Below, piece by piece: positions 1-8,923 of a DNA stretch of 64,000 bases. Location of the stretch: the IMG/VR virus record IMGVR_UViG_3300020417_001527, positions 21,790 through 85,789 of that record. One strand, written 5' to 3'. The notes beneath the pieces are model-generated. The model did no database searches and was not told the origin of the DNA. It worked only from the letters and a program-made list of their open reading frames with translations. The position numbers were made by a program, and so were the translations under genes. Position 1 is the first letter of the stretch, and each line of letters starts with the position of its first letter. This DNA is from a virus.

Positions 1-1
1 T

Positions 2-223
2 CGCGAACAGTTTGCTCTGTCAGAAATAGGATCTGATGAATTAAACATGCGATTGACTGACGATGGTTATCGATTTATAGCACCAGCTGGATCTGTGCTG
101 ATGTATCATCCTCGTACTCTGCACTCCACAATGCCAAACTTTTCTGATCTGCCAAGAACAGCTCTACTGATTCTGGCCATAAGACCGGATCTGTCAGAAC
201 CATTGTCGGTGTATCACACATAA
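2..223 (+). CDS. phytanoyl-CoA dioxygenase (PhyH)-like 2OG-Fe(II) oxygenase, 3' fragment (runs off window start)
   Basis: My translation of frame 2 ends ...APAGSVLMYHPRTLHSTMPNFSDLPRTALL...; matches PhyH C-terminal G-x-x-x-x-H...H-x-x-x-x-N-x-S-x-x-x-R; stop TAA 221-223. Confidence 0.7.
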   Translation, partial: REQFALSEIGSDELNMRLTDDGYRFIAPAGSVLMYHPRTLHSTMPNFSDLPRTALLILAIRPDLSEPLSVYHT

Positions 224-233
224 AGGATAGAAC

Positions 234-662
234 GTGAAAATATTAATATTTGGATTGCCTGGTTCGGGTAAAACCACACTTGCGAAACCGTTTGCTGAGT
301 TGATTGGTGGGATACATATAAATGCTGATGTTGTTCGTGCAAGTTATAATGATTGGGACTTCAGTGAACAGGGTAGAATACGCCAAGCACAAAGAATGAA
401 ACATTTAGCAGATGGTGTTGTAATGGCAGGTAAAGTGGCCGTCGCAGACTTTGTGTGTCCAACAGAACGTGCAAGACAAGAGTTTAATCCAGACTTTACT
501 GTGTGGTTGGATACTATTAAAGAAGGCAGGTTTGAAGATACTAATGCTATGTTTGAAAAGCCTGCATATAAAGTGGACTATCATGTGGCTGAATGGTTTG
601 AAGATACTCATGCACAATTGGTTCCAGTCATTGAACGCTGGATGACGAGGAATAAAAAATGA
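234..662 (+). CDS. cysC: adenylylsulfate (APS) kinase-like P-loop kinase
   Basis: GLPGSGKTT P-loop, NADVVR, DWDFSEQGRIRQAQRM and FEKP motifs of short APS kinases; GTG start. Confidence 0.75.
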   Translation: MKILIFGLPGSGKTTLAKPFAELIGGIHINADVVRASYNDWDFSEQGRIRQAQRMKHLADGVVMAGKVAVADFVCPTERARQEFNPDFTVWLDTIKEGRFEDTNAMFEKPAYKVDYHVAEWFEDTHAQLVPVIERWMTRNKK

Positions 663-829
663 AAAGTTTATTAACAATATGGCAATACGCATTGGGATCT
701 TATTCAGACGATAAGACCAAACCCTATGACAAACAGATGTTGATCATAAGAACATTTTGGGTATTATTGCACATTGCAACCTGCGTAATGATTATATTAG
801 GCAACGGACATTTGCTAGGATGGTGGTAA
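659..829 (+). CDS. small membrane protein (56 aa)
   Basis: Not in ORF track; MKSLLTIWQYALGSYSDDKTKPYDKQMLIIRTFWVLLHIATCVMIILGNGHLLGWW; ATGA overlap with upstream stop; fills the gap exactly. Confidence 0.65.
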   Translation: MKSLLTIWQYALGSYSDDKTKPYDKQMLIIRTFWVLLHIATCVMIILGNGHLLGWW

Positions 830-830
830 C

Positions 831-1136
831 ATGAAAAGAATATATAGAACTAACCGACTGGGTCGTATAAAAGAATTTATTAAAGAATCACACAGATTAT
901 CGCCCACAGCATTCTATTGTGAAATGGTAGAAACTGTGTTGCTGTTAACAGCTTCAGCAATACTTTCATTTACTATTCTAGATCCTGCAACAGAGATATT
1001 CATTCCATTATATCTAGCAGGTTCAATACTTGGTATAATTAGTACTGTAATACGCAAAGCATTCTTTGCCATTGTGCTATGTGCGTGGTTCACAGTAATG
1101 AACACCATAGCACTCGTTCAACTAGTAATATATTAA
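831..1136 (+). CDS. hypothetical membrane protein
   Basis: About three hydrophobic segments; operon context. Confidence 0.6.
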   Translation: MKRIYRTNRLGRIKEFIKESHRLSPTAFYCEMVETVLLLTASAILSFTILDPATEIFIPLYLAGSILGIISTVIRKAFFAIVLCAWFTVMNTIALVQLVIY

Positions 1137-1145
1137 AAGGTACAT

Positions 1146-1424
1146 ATGATAAAAGTATTCTTTATCGCAAAAATAAAAGATTTAAATGCAGACTATAAAA
1201 ATAGAAGCACAAGACTACGTAAAATGGCAGAAGGAATGCCAGGCTTTGTTTCAATTGAATCAGAAGAAATAGATGATGTTGAAATCACAGTTAGCACATG
1301 GCGTAGCCGAGAAGATGTAGAAGCATGGGCACAAGATGTAACACATGTAGAAGCAAAACGCAAACACCGAGAATGGTATCATTGGGTGCGTGGTATACAT
1401 GTGGAAACTGTGGATGACGAGTAG
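1146..1424 (+). CDS. antibiotic biosynthesis monooxygenase (ABM)-family protein
   Basis: MPGFVSIES...ITVSTWRSREDVEAW...H...WY pattern. Confidence 0.75.
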   Translation: MIKVFFIAKIKDLNADYKNRSTRLRKMAEGMPGFVSIESEEIDDVEITVSTWRSREDVEAWAQDVTHVEAKRKHREWYHWVRGIHVETVDDE

Positions 1425-2952
1425 ATACGATGTCACGTGGGGTTGGACTGGGCTGTCACACGATGCCTCTCTGGCTGTGTTTGTGAATGATCGTCTTGAG
1501 TTTGCTTCACATTCCGAACGTTTTTCTCAAGTAAAAAATGAACGTTTCGTTCATGCAGGTCTGATGCATGAAGCACTTCAGTATGGCGTACCAGAAGAAA
1601 TATTCTTTTATGAAACTCCATGGTTAAAGAAAACTCGGCAGGCGTATGCAGGACAATACGAATTAATCAAAAAGCCTTCACCCGACCATTTTTTAAACAT
1701 GGTGTACAATGTGATGTTGAAAGCAGGCATTTCTAAGAACTGTTTTCCTGAGCAACTGCCACGTTCTCAGCCTACTCGACATCATCTTGCTCATGCCGCC
1801 GGAGGCTACTACACATCCACATACGATCATGCAACCATTGTTGTGTTGGACTCTATAGGTGAATGGGAAACATTCACCGTATGGGAAGGCATAGACAATT
1901 CTCTGCACAAACGTTTTTCACAATCATATCCACACTCTGTGGGCATATGGTATTCTGCCATGACACAGCGTATAGGATTAAAACCACAGGAACATGAATA
2001 CATACTGATGGGCATGGCCGCAATAGGCGATCCAAAAAAATATTATTCTGAAATAAAACGAGATTTTATTGCTCGCATGCCTGATCAATCCAATCCTCGT
2101 GTGCGGTTTCGACGCAACTGTCATAGAGGCTGTAGAGATTGGCGACCTGATTTAAACACACCACAGGATTATGCCGACATTGCCGCGGCCACACAACGCA
2201 TATATGAAGAAATATTCACAGGCATACTGGAATACACTCGTACTCATTTCCCTTCACGCAACCTTGTGTTGATGGGTGGCTGTGTGTTAAATTGTGTAGC
2301 AAACAGTTTAGCGGCCAATTATTATGATGATATATGGATAATGCCCAACCCAGGTGATGCTGGTTCGGCCATTGGTTGTGTACTTGCACACAAAAAACAA
2401 AGATTAGAGTTTACTCATGCATTTCTAGGAGCGGATATACCTGGTGAATATCCCATAGAAGAAATATTGGAAGATCTGCATGAACACAAAATTACAGCGG
2501 TTGCTTCGGGCCGAGCCGAGTTTGGACCACGAGCATTAGGACATAGAAGTATCTTGGCCGATCCCCGAGGCGCCGATGTAAAAGACAGAGTTAATCGAAT
2601 TAAACAGCGTGAAGCATTTAGACCATTTGCTCCAATGATACTGGAAGAACATGCATATCGGTATTTTGATATGCCTGTAAAAACATCTCCGTATATGCAA
2701 TTTGTAGCCAAATGTAAACGGCCCAAAGAGTTTCCTGCCATCATACACTATGATAATACTTCTAGAGTGCAAACTGTGGGCAAGGAAATGGGTCCTGTTA
2801 GAACGCTGTTGGAACGTTGGTATGCAGAAACTGGTTGTCCCATGCTGTTAAATACTAGTCTTAACATAAAAGGAAAGCCTCTGGTAAACATACATCATGA
2901 TGCTGTACGCTGGAGTGCTGAATATGGGGTTGACATATGCTTGCCAAGATAG
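1390..2952 (+). CDS. O-carbamoyltransferase (NodU/CmcH/TobZ family)
   Basis: HDAS, ERFS, HHLAHAA, DSIGE, GGCVLN, PNPGDAGSAIG, EFGPRALGHRS, RPFAP, LNTSLN motifs; true start may be a few codons downstream. Confidence 0.95.
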   Translation: MVYMWKLWMTSRYDVTWGWTGLSHDASLAVFVNDRLEFASHSERFSQVKNERFVHAGLMHEALQYGVPEEIFFYETPWLKKTRQAYAGQYELIKKPSPDHFLNMVYNVMLKAGISKNCFPEQLPRSQPTRHHLAHAAGGYYTSTYDHATIVVLDSIGEWETFTVWEGIDNSLHKRFSQSYPHSVGIWYSAMTQRIGLKPQEHEYILMGMAAIGDPKKYYSEIKRDFIARMPDQSNPRVRFRRNCHRGCRDWRPDLNTPQDYADIAAATQRIYEEIFTGILEYTRTHFPSRNLVLMGGCVLNCVANSLAANYYDDIWIMPNPGDAGSAIGCVLAHKKQRLEFTHAFLGADIPGEYPIEEILEDLHEHKITAVASGRAEFGPRALGHRSILADPRGADVKDRVNRIKQREAFRPFAPMILEEHAYRYFDMPVKTSPYMQFVAKCKRPKEFPAIIHYDNTSRVQTVGKEMGPVRTLLERWYAETGCPMLLNTSLNIKGKPLVNIHHDAVRWSAEYGVDICLPR

Positions 2953-2958
2953 TAAAAT
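2930..2958 (+). promoter_or_regulatory. sigma70-type promoter TTGACA-17-TAAAAT
   Basis: TTGACA 2930-2935, TAAAAT 2953-2958, upstream of the 3071 ORF. Confidence 0.5.
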
Positions 2959-3062
2959 TATTAGAGTATTTGCCCATTATAGGGCCGCGATTGCGTAAAC
3001 AAAGACGCAGACGTGAACTGATGGAAAAGATTGCAAAACAAGATCCATTTATATATGAATAG
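2937..3062 (+). CDS. 41-aa basic microprotein ending DPFIYE
   Basis: Not in ORF track; MLAKIVKLLEYLPIIGPRLRKQRRRRELMEKIAKQDPFIYE; overlaps carbamoyltransferase end, stop abuts next RBS. Confidence 0.55.
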   Translation: MLAKIVKLLEYLPIIGPRLRKQRRRRELMEKIAKQDPFIYE

Positions 3063-3070
3063 GAGTACAG

Positions 3071-3433
3071 ATGTCACAATTTGACTGGAAACGTCCTACG
3101 TGTGCAATGCTGGGAGCATTTCAACCATGGACAGACGAACACACACGAGAGTTCGAATCAATCATTAAAAGATCCTCACAGGTGGTTGTGTGGGTACAGG
3201 AAGCAGACAAGACTGTGAAACGACCACATGATTTTATTTTTGTGAGAGATCAAATTGAACAGGCATTGAGCCAAGCTGGCTATGACAATGAAGAAGACTT
3301 TATCATTCAGCCTGTGCCTTATGTGGTAGATTTTGTTTTTACCAATGAAGGTGAATACAGAATTACCAGGCCTTTTCTGGGTCAAACACAAGAGCCTGAT
3401 GTGATAGATGCCACGGCCCAAACTGTAAATTAA
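3071..3433 (+). CDS. cytidyltransferase-like (HIGH nucleotidyltransferase) domain protein with degenerate motif
   Basis: MLGAFQPWTDEH corresponds to GRxQPxHxGH; AGGAG RBS. Confidence 0.55.
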   Translation: MSQFDWKRPTCAMLGAFQPWTDEHTREFESIIKRSSQVVVWVQEADKTVKRPHDFIFVRDQIEQALSQAGYDNEEDFIIQPVPYVVDFVFTNEGEYRITRPFLGQTQEPDVIDATAQTVN

Positions 3434-4151
3434 CTGCGTCAGCACAATCATAAAATTTTTGCAAAGTGTTTGCGAGTTCAATTCTAAATCGCAGAGCTTT
3501 TATTTCTAGATGACGAATCTCTGGCACCGAGTCCAATTCATATTCTATGGTGTCTAGATACTTCTGCATATTCTTTTTAAACATGCCCATGAAGCCAGCC
3601 TTGGACACATCCGTGTCGTAGGGCACATTATAATACTGTGAAGAGTCCCAATTTTGATAGTATGTTTTTAGATGTTCTTTGTTTTCAATCGTAACGAGTT
3701 TTAAATCAGGCAACCAATGATACACATCCAGAGTTGATTTCATCCAGGATTGTTCTTCAATCTGCATGTGTATTCGATCTTCTATTAGTCCTTGTGTGAT
3801 CAATTCAGATATGTACATCATTCTGTCAGAGCCAGGATGTGCAACCAATTTATAATTTTCAGACCATTGCATCTGTTGTGGAGCCAATATGCCTCGACGA
3901 TAAATGTCTGAACCTACCACACATGCTTTGTGCATGGTATAAAATCCTTTTATTCGGTCTAGATCTCTCCAGTCGGTGGCAATATATTGAGCGATACTTT
4001 CTGCTTCTAACCAAGCAGGATCCATGCGTCTAATATCTGCCAACTGCACATACTGATCCAGAGTAACTTCAGCCATGTAGATGGTGTTGCCTGAATTGGC
4101 GAAATAATCATCCACCACTGAATCTAATAGATTAGAATTAAAGTCTACCAC
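3363..4151 (-). CDS. hypothetical protein, ParB/Srx-like HPGSD family
   Basis: SDIYRRGILAP...AHPGSDR motif shared with 4782 and 20929 ORFs. Confidence 0.55.
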   Translation of the reverse strand: MVDFNSNLLDSVVDDYFANSGNTIYMAEVTLDQYVQLADIRRMDPAWLEAESIAQYIATDWRDLDRIKGFYTMHKACVVGSDIYRRGILAPQQMQWSENYKLVAHPGSDRMMYISELITQGLIEDRIHMQIEEQSWMKSTLDVYHWLPDLKLVTIENKEHLKTYYQNWDSSQYYNVPYDTDVSKAGFMGMFKKNMQKYLDTIEYELDSVPEIRHLEIKALRFRIELANTLQKFYDCADAVNLQFGPWHLSHQALVFDPEKAW

Positions 4152-4858
4152 TTGTCAATGCCCAGTATTGCTCTCATTTGATAGTATTGTAAATCTTGTT
4201 TGGTTTTAATATCGCACCATGGACCACCATTGGTGAAATGCAGAGCACCAGCATCTTCTCGATATTCATATTCGTCTACCAACCAATTCCAGCGTAAATC
4301 AATTGATCCTATTTCTTCGTCTTTAAGATGTAAAAACCTGTGCAGTTCTCGAGGCTCAGCTGAATTACAATACTCGGGTGTTAGTGTTCTATTACTGGGG
4401 TGGGCACAATTCCACATTATTAGACTGCTCCAGTTCTTGCGTGGAAAATTTTCCTGCACATGACCAAATGCTTTTTCTTTTATTGTGCTTTTGTAGTCGT
4501 GTTTGCAAACCATTACAGCATAACGATCGTCACGCTGTTCCCAAAGTCTAGCAACATTGTCTTGCCATAAAAAATCTCCATCACAGAATATGGCCCAGCC
4601 TTGCCAAAAACTCACAAATGGAATAAAAAATCTAGAATAAACAAAAGCAGTTGATTCATTGTCTTTCTTTTCTCGCCCATAATATGGAATGGTATTGATA
4701 CAATTTGGTTTTATTATCGCATCTTTGCAATAGTGCCTCATTGAGCTGATGCACAAATCATACATTTCTCTGTGTCGAGAATCAAAACCAACGTGAACTA
4801 TAGGGTGTGTACTTGTCGATTGGGCTCGTTGGATTGTGGATTGCATTAAAGAAAACAT
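4145..4858 (-). CDS. glycosyltransferase (GT8-like, GT-A fold)
   Basis: STAFVYSRF, FCDGDFL (DxD), KNWSS, WNWLV, LHFTNGGPW. Confidence 0.85.
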   Translation of the reverse strand: MFSLMQSTIQRAQSTSTHPIVHVGFDSRHREMYDLCISSMRHYCKDAIIKPNCINTIPYYGREKKDNESTAFVYSRFFIPFVSFWQGWAIFCDGDFLWQDNVARLWEQRDDRYAVMVCKHDYKSTIKEKAFGHVQENFPRKNWSSLIMWNCAHPSNRTLTPEYCNSAEPRELHRFLHLKDEEIGSIDLRWNWLVDEYEYREDAGALHFTNGGPWCDIKTKQDLQYYQMRAILGIDKW

Positions 4859-5708
4859 TGTTGGGTCTCCATATTCCGTATTCTTTGGTGATACATCGGT
4901 CTCCGATCATTAGAGTGTTATCATCTATCAGTTTTATATCCCACAGCATGTCAATGTCACGCCACATGCCTTCTCTGTGTATTGCATCAAAATAACTCAA
5001 ATGCCACACAGCCGTACGAAAACGATTTTCACCCCAGGTGTTTAGTTTTTTGTGATACTTGCGTATGCCGTTGAACACTGGCATGTTGTGTGGTGAACAA
5101 CCTTCACGCCACATTTCCAACCATTCATACACACAATGATGAGTAGGGTGTGTGAAATTTGGAAAACATGCTTCAATCTTTTCACGAGTATCGCATACTT
5201 CATGATCCCAGTCTCGGTAAAACTTGTAGTTTACACGAGCATAATCAATGTACACAAAAGGCACTTCGTCCAGTGGCTCAGCTAAAAATATAATAGCATA
5301 TGATTTGTCTGAACCGGGGTGACAGTTTACAGTTGGATATCCAAAGCTCAACATCTGTACAGGTGCAGTTATACAGCCCTGTTCATTGATATCTTGACTC
5401 AGCCAATAGATCTTAAATAGCTTGTATATGGCTTGTAGATCTGGATCTGCATCAGCGTGAACATGCAGAGGACCTATTCGATGAAATTCTTCTTTTTTGG
5501 ATCTATCAACCCGCAAAAAATTATCAATTATACGAGAAAAGTCATTCACAACTCGCAAACCATTCTGTGCCAAGATGTCATAGAATACTTGACTAGATAT
5601 AGAACCTCGTATATAATAAGCATTATGAGTTGAATTTGACCAGTCTACAAAGTGTTCAAGATAGGAACGTTTTTCAGCAAGATCTGTGCTTTGGTTAAAA
5701 CTACGCAT
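4782..5708 (-). CDS. hypothetical protein, ParB/Srx-like HPGSD family
   Basis: SQDINEQGCITAPV...CHPGSDK; FDAIHR near C-terminus. Confidence 0.55.
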   Translation of the reverse strand: MRSFNQSTDLAEKRSYLEHFVDWSNSTHNAYYIRGSISSQVFYDILAQNGLRVVNDFSRIIDNFLRVDRSKKEEFHRIGPLHVHADADPDLQAIYKLFKIYWLSQDINEQGCITAPVQMLSFGYPTVNCHPGSDKSYAIIFLAEPLDEVPFVYIDYARVNYKFYRDWDHEVCDTREKIEACFPNFTHPTHHCVYEWLEMWREGCSPHNMPVFNGIRKYHKKLNTWGENRFRTAVWHLSYFDAIHREGMWRDIDMLWDIKLIDDNTLMIGDRCITKEYGIWRPNNVFFNAIHNPTSPIDKYTPYSSRWF

Positions 5709-5734
5709 ATAATTAGTTATGATAGGAAAAACAC

Positions 5735-6439
5735 ATGCTAGACGTCTTTTATATCAGCTACAATGAATCGTTTGCTGATGAGAATTATGAAATGCTGAAA
5801 GTCTTTGCCCCACATGCCCAACGAGTGCATGGTGTCAAAGGCATATTTGAAGCACACAAAACAGCGGCCGAACGAGCAAAAACTTCACACTTTTATGTGG
5901 TTGATGCAGATGCAATCATTGAAGAAGAATTTAAATTTAAATTTGTACCCAACAAGTTTAAAGAAGCATATCCAAATGTGATGGAAACAGAATGTGTGTT
6001 CACATACAGATCACGCAATCCTGTCAATGATTTAATTTACGGCTATGGTGCTGTTAAACTGTTTCCCAGAGAACCTTTTCTCAAACTAACAGATTGGTCA
6101 GTGGACATGACAACATCAATTGGTTGTCCTTTTGTGCCCAAGTTCCAAATAAGTAATGTTACAGCGTTTAACACAGATCCTTTTAACACATGGAAATCAG
6201 CGTTCAGAGAATGTGTTAAACTCAGCTCAAACATTATAGATAACAATGATAACATTGACGATGAATACAGACTTAAAGTTTGGTGTGCAAGAGGTGAAAA
6301 ACGACCTTTTGGAGAATACGCTCTACTGGGAGCTCAACAAGGAGCAGACTTTGGCGAAACATATCGTGGTGACAAAGACGCACTAAAAATGATCAACGAC
6401 TTTGATTGGTTGGCAAAGAAATTTGAAGAAGCAGTATGA
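5735..6439 (+). CDS. glycosyltransferase-like protein (GT-A, DxD)
   Basis: FYVVDADA, NPVNDLIYGYGAVKL, WKSAFRECVKL. Confidence 0.65.
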   Translation: MLDVFYISYNESFADENYEMLKVFAPHAQRVHGVKGIFEAHKTAAERAKTSHFYVVDADAIIEEEFKFKFVPNKFKEAYPNVMETECVFTYRSRNPVNDLIYGYGAVKLFPREPFLKLTDWSVDMTTSIGCPFVPKFQISNVTAFNTDPFNTWKSAFRECVKLSSNIIDNNDNIDDEYRLKVWCARGEKRPFGEYALLGAQQGADFGETYRGDKDALKMINDFDWLAKKFEEAV

Positions 6440-7383
6440 CCGCAGATTGGGAAGAAACAACAGAGCTGGTAACCAGCAAGTATCATTGGGTAAACGGAAT
6501 AGATGAATATCTAAAACGTACCAAGCACCCTCTGTACAAAAAGTTTTCTGCAATTCGCAATGCAGTATTCTTTATGAATGCATACAGACAAAAAGAACTT
6601 ATACTGGACGAAATAGGCAGAGGTGATTCTCCTTATTCAGAAGAATTTGTTAATATTATCCTGCATGGCAACATACAATGGACTGAATGGTTGACACACA
6701 AGAAACTGGTCAACTACATGGCTCATTGCATAGACATAGATCTGTTTAAAATATTGAATGATTGGCATGATAGATTTGGCGGAGATGTGATCAATATCAA
6801 TGATCATTTTTCACGTGGACAAATACAGAGCAAACTGTGGATGATGGATGAGCTGGATAAAATTGTAGAAGATGGCAACATGGGCAATGTACTCATGTAC
6901 GGTGGATGGTTCAACACGTTTGCATACTTCTTGTTTGAGCGTTTTAAAATAAAACAGATATTTTCATTGGACATAGACCCAGACGTTTGGGAAGTGGCAG
7001 ACTGCTTCAATGCTAAAAAATGCTATGACGAAGCATGGACTTTCAAGGCCGCAACAGCAGATTGTAATCGTTTGCAATATAAAAATGGCAAAACCACATT
7101 TGAAGTGCCCAGGCCCAACATGAATCCTACCACAGTAGAATTTAAACCCAATCTTGTTATTAACACATCATGTGAACACATGAAAGATGATTGGTTTTAT
7201 AATCTGCCCAAAGGCATGCCTGTGTGTTTGCAAACCAATGATTATTTTGAAAACACACAACACATGAACTGTGTGCATAATTTGGATGAAGCTCGTGCAA
7301 AATATCAATTTTCAGAAGAGCTGTATGGCGGTGAATTAAAAACATATCTATATAAAAGGTACACACTAATTGGAATTGTTTGA
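6436..7383 (+). CDS. class I SAM-dependent methyltransferase-like protein
   Basis: GQIQSKLW, MYGGW, SLDIDP, VINTSCEH. Confidence 0.65.
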   Translation: MTADWEETTELVTSKYHWVNGIDEYLKRTKHPLYKKFSAIRNAVFFMNAYRQKELILDEIGRGDSPYSEEFVNIILHGNIQWTEWLTHKKLVNYMAHCIDIDLFKILNDWHDRFGGDVININDHFSRGQIQSKLWMMDELDKIVEDGNMGNVLMYGGWFNTFAYFLFERFKIKQIFSLDIDPDVWEVADCFNAKKCYDEAWTFKAATADCNRLQYKNGKTTFEVPRPNMNPTTVEFKPNLVINTSCEHMKDDWFYNLPKGMPVCLQTNDYFENTQHMNCVHNLDEARAKYQFSEELYGGELKTYLYKRYTLIGIV

Positions 7384-7975
7384 GCAACAGTTGACAGGCA
7401 GAGATGATCATCTTGCTGGCCAATCAGAAACCATGGATGATGTTGTGTATCACTATAACAGTCTAGGCTTTCGCGGTCAAGAGTTTGCAGGTGAAGTTGG
7501 CGTTGTAGGAGATTCGTTTGTGTTTGGATTGGGTGTAGCACATGCATTTCCACACATACTGTCCATGGATAACATGGGCTATCCTTCTGCTTCCAATGAC
7601 ATGATTGTAAGACATGCTATACAGTACATTCGCAACTATGCACCTGCCACAGTCGTTGTGTGCTGGACATACGGATACAGAAGAGAATGGATACGACCTG
7701 ATGGCAAAGTGTATAGATTTAAAAACATGGATATGGACACACCAGATGATTATTTTTGGTTGATGTCTGAATTACAAAATGAACCGTGGGACAATTACAA
7801 CTACTACAAGAACAAACTGTTGATTGAATCGTTTTGTGCAGTAAATAATGTAAAACTGTTACAGATAGATAATCATGTAATTGTAAATGATAAAAAGGGT
7901 GCAGACGGAAAGCACCCAGGACAAGAATGGCACAACGCAGTGGCCATAAAAGTGAGTGAGATGCTGGATGCTTAA
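7370..7975 (+). CDS. SGNH/GDSL-like protein
   Basis: YNSLGFRG, GDSFVFG block I, DGKHPG block V. Confidence 0.65.
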   Translation: MELFEQQLTGRDDHLAGQSETMDDVVYHYNSLGFRGQEFAGEVGVVGDSFVFGLGVAHAFPHILSMDNMGYPSASNDMIVRHAIQYIRNYAPATVVVCWTYGYRREWIRPDGKVYRFKNMDMDTPDDYFWLMSELQNEPWDNYNYYKNKLLIESFCAVNNVKLLQIDNHVIVNDKKGADGKHPGQEWHNAVAIKVSEMLDA

Positions 7976-8237
7976 CAATGTAACATGGGGCCGTAATGCA
8001 GGTCGAATCAACATAGAGGATCTATCCACACGTGAGTTACAGCGTGAATGTTCAAGAGCTTTGGCATCTGGAGCCATTGTGGCCACGTCTGCAAACCTAA
8101 CTAAGTACAACAAACAGGCTCCTCATAACAGTCATCTATGGTATAGAGCTGTTATAGAAGATTATGTAAAACAATACGGTGGCTTGCCAAGTCGTGCAGG
8201 TCCTGGTGTAGATGTAAAACTGATACTGGAGGAATAA
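7956..8237 (+). CDS. hypothetical protein
   Basis: Coupled ORF in + operon; likely start 7968. Confidence 0.55.
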   Translation: MRCWMLNNVTWGRNAGRINIEDLSTRELQRECSRALASGAIVATSANLTKYNKQAPHNSHLWYRAVIEDYVKQYGGLPSRAGPGVDVKLILEE

Positions 8238-8923
8238 TGAATAGAAAAATACGCAACGCACTAGAACAGTTCTGTGTAGAAACGTTTGGTGTGAAACCAG
8301 ATTACAACGCAATGGAACCAATGGTTGATGCATTAGACCGACAGGTGTTGCACAATTATTTTGGTAACACAGGTAATTGGCGGCCTGACAATAAAAATTT
8401 CAAAGCATCAGGTGAACAGTTAATAGAAAAAGTAAACGCACTTAGACCCGATTCTGTGTTGGACATAGGTTGTGGTTATAATCTACTCAAAGGTAAAATT
8501 AAAAATCTATGGGGTATAGATCCATACAACACAGAAGCTGATGAAGTTATTGATTTGATGGATATAAGATTAACCGGCACCAATGATGTGGTGTTGTGTT
8601 TAGGATCAATAAACTTTGGCGATCAAACAGAAATTGAACGCAAGGTTGCAAAAGCAGTCAGTTTGTGTAAGCCTGGCGGTTCGTTGTTTTGGAGAGTAAA
8701 TCCTGGACTTACACACAGCAGAGCTGGTGCTGAATGGGTTGACTTTTTTGAATGGAATGAAGATAAGCTACGAGAGTTAGCAATCAAAAATGATTGTGTA
8801 TGCGTTGATGTACAAGAAGATCGTTGGCGAGACGACGGAGAAGGTTTGAGATATTATGCTCAATGGAATCGGAACAGAAATACAGAAGCAGAATCCGTTT
8901 CATTACAGAATATGGGAAGGTAA
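8237..8923 (+). CDS. class I SAM-dependent methyltransferase (paralogue 1 of 4)
   Basis: VLDIGCG, GIDP, CLGSINFG, KPGG. Confidence 0.85.
   Translation: MNRKIRNALEQFCVETFGVKPDYNAMEPMVDALDRQVLHNYFGNTGNWRPDNKNFKASGEQLIEKVNALRPDSVLDIGCGYNLLKGKIKNLWGIDPYNTEADEVIDLMDIRLTGTNDVVLCLGSINFGDQTEIERKVAKAVSLCKPGGSLFWRVNPGLTHSRAGAEWVDFFEWNEDKLRELAIKNDCVCVDVQEDRWRDDGEGLRYYAQWNRNRNTEAESVSLQNMGR

Noticed and set aside
4125-4160. TTGACA on the minus strand near 4152-4157 as a promoter
   Set aside because: No acceptable -10 at 16-18 nt, and it overlaps coding starts.
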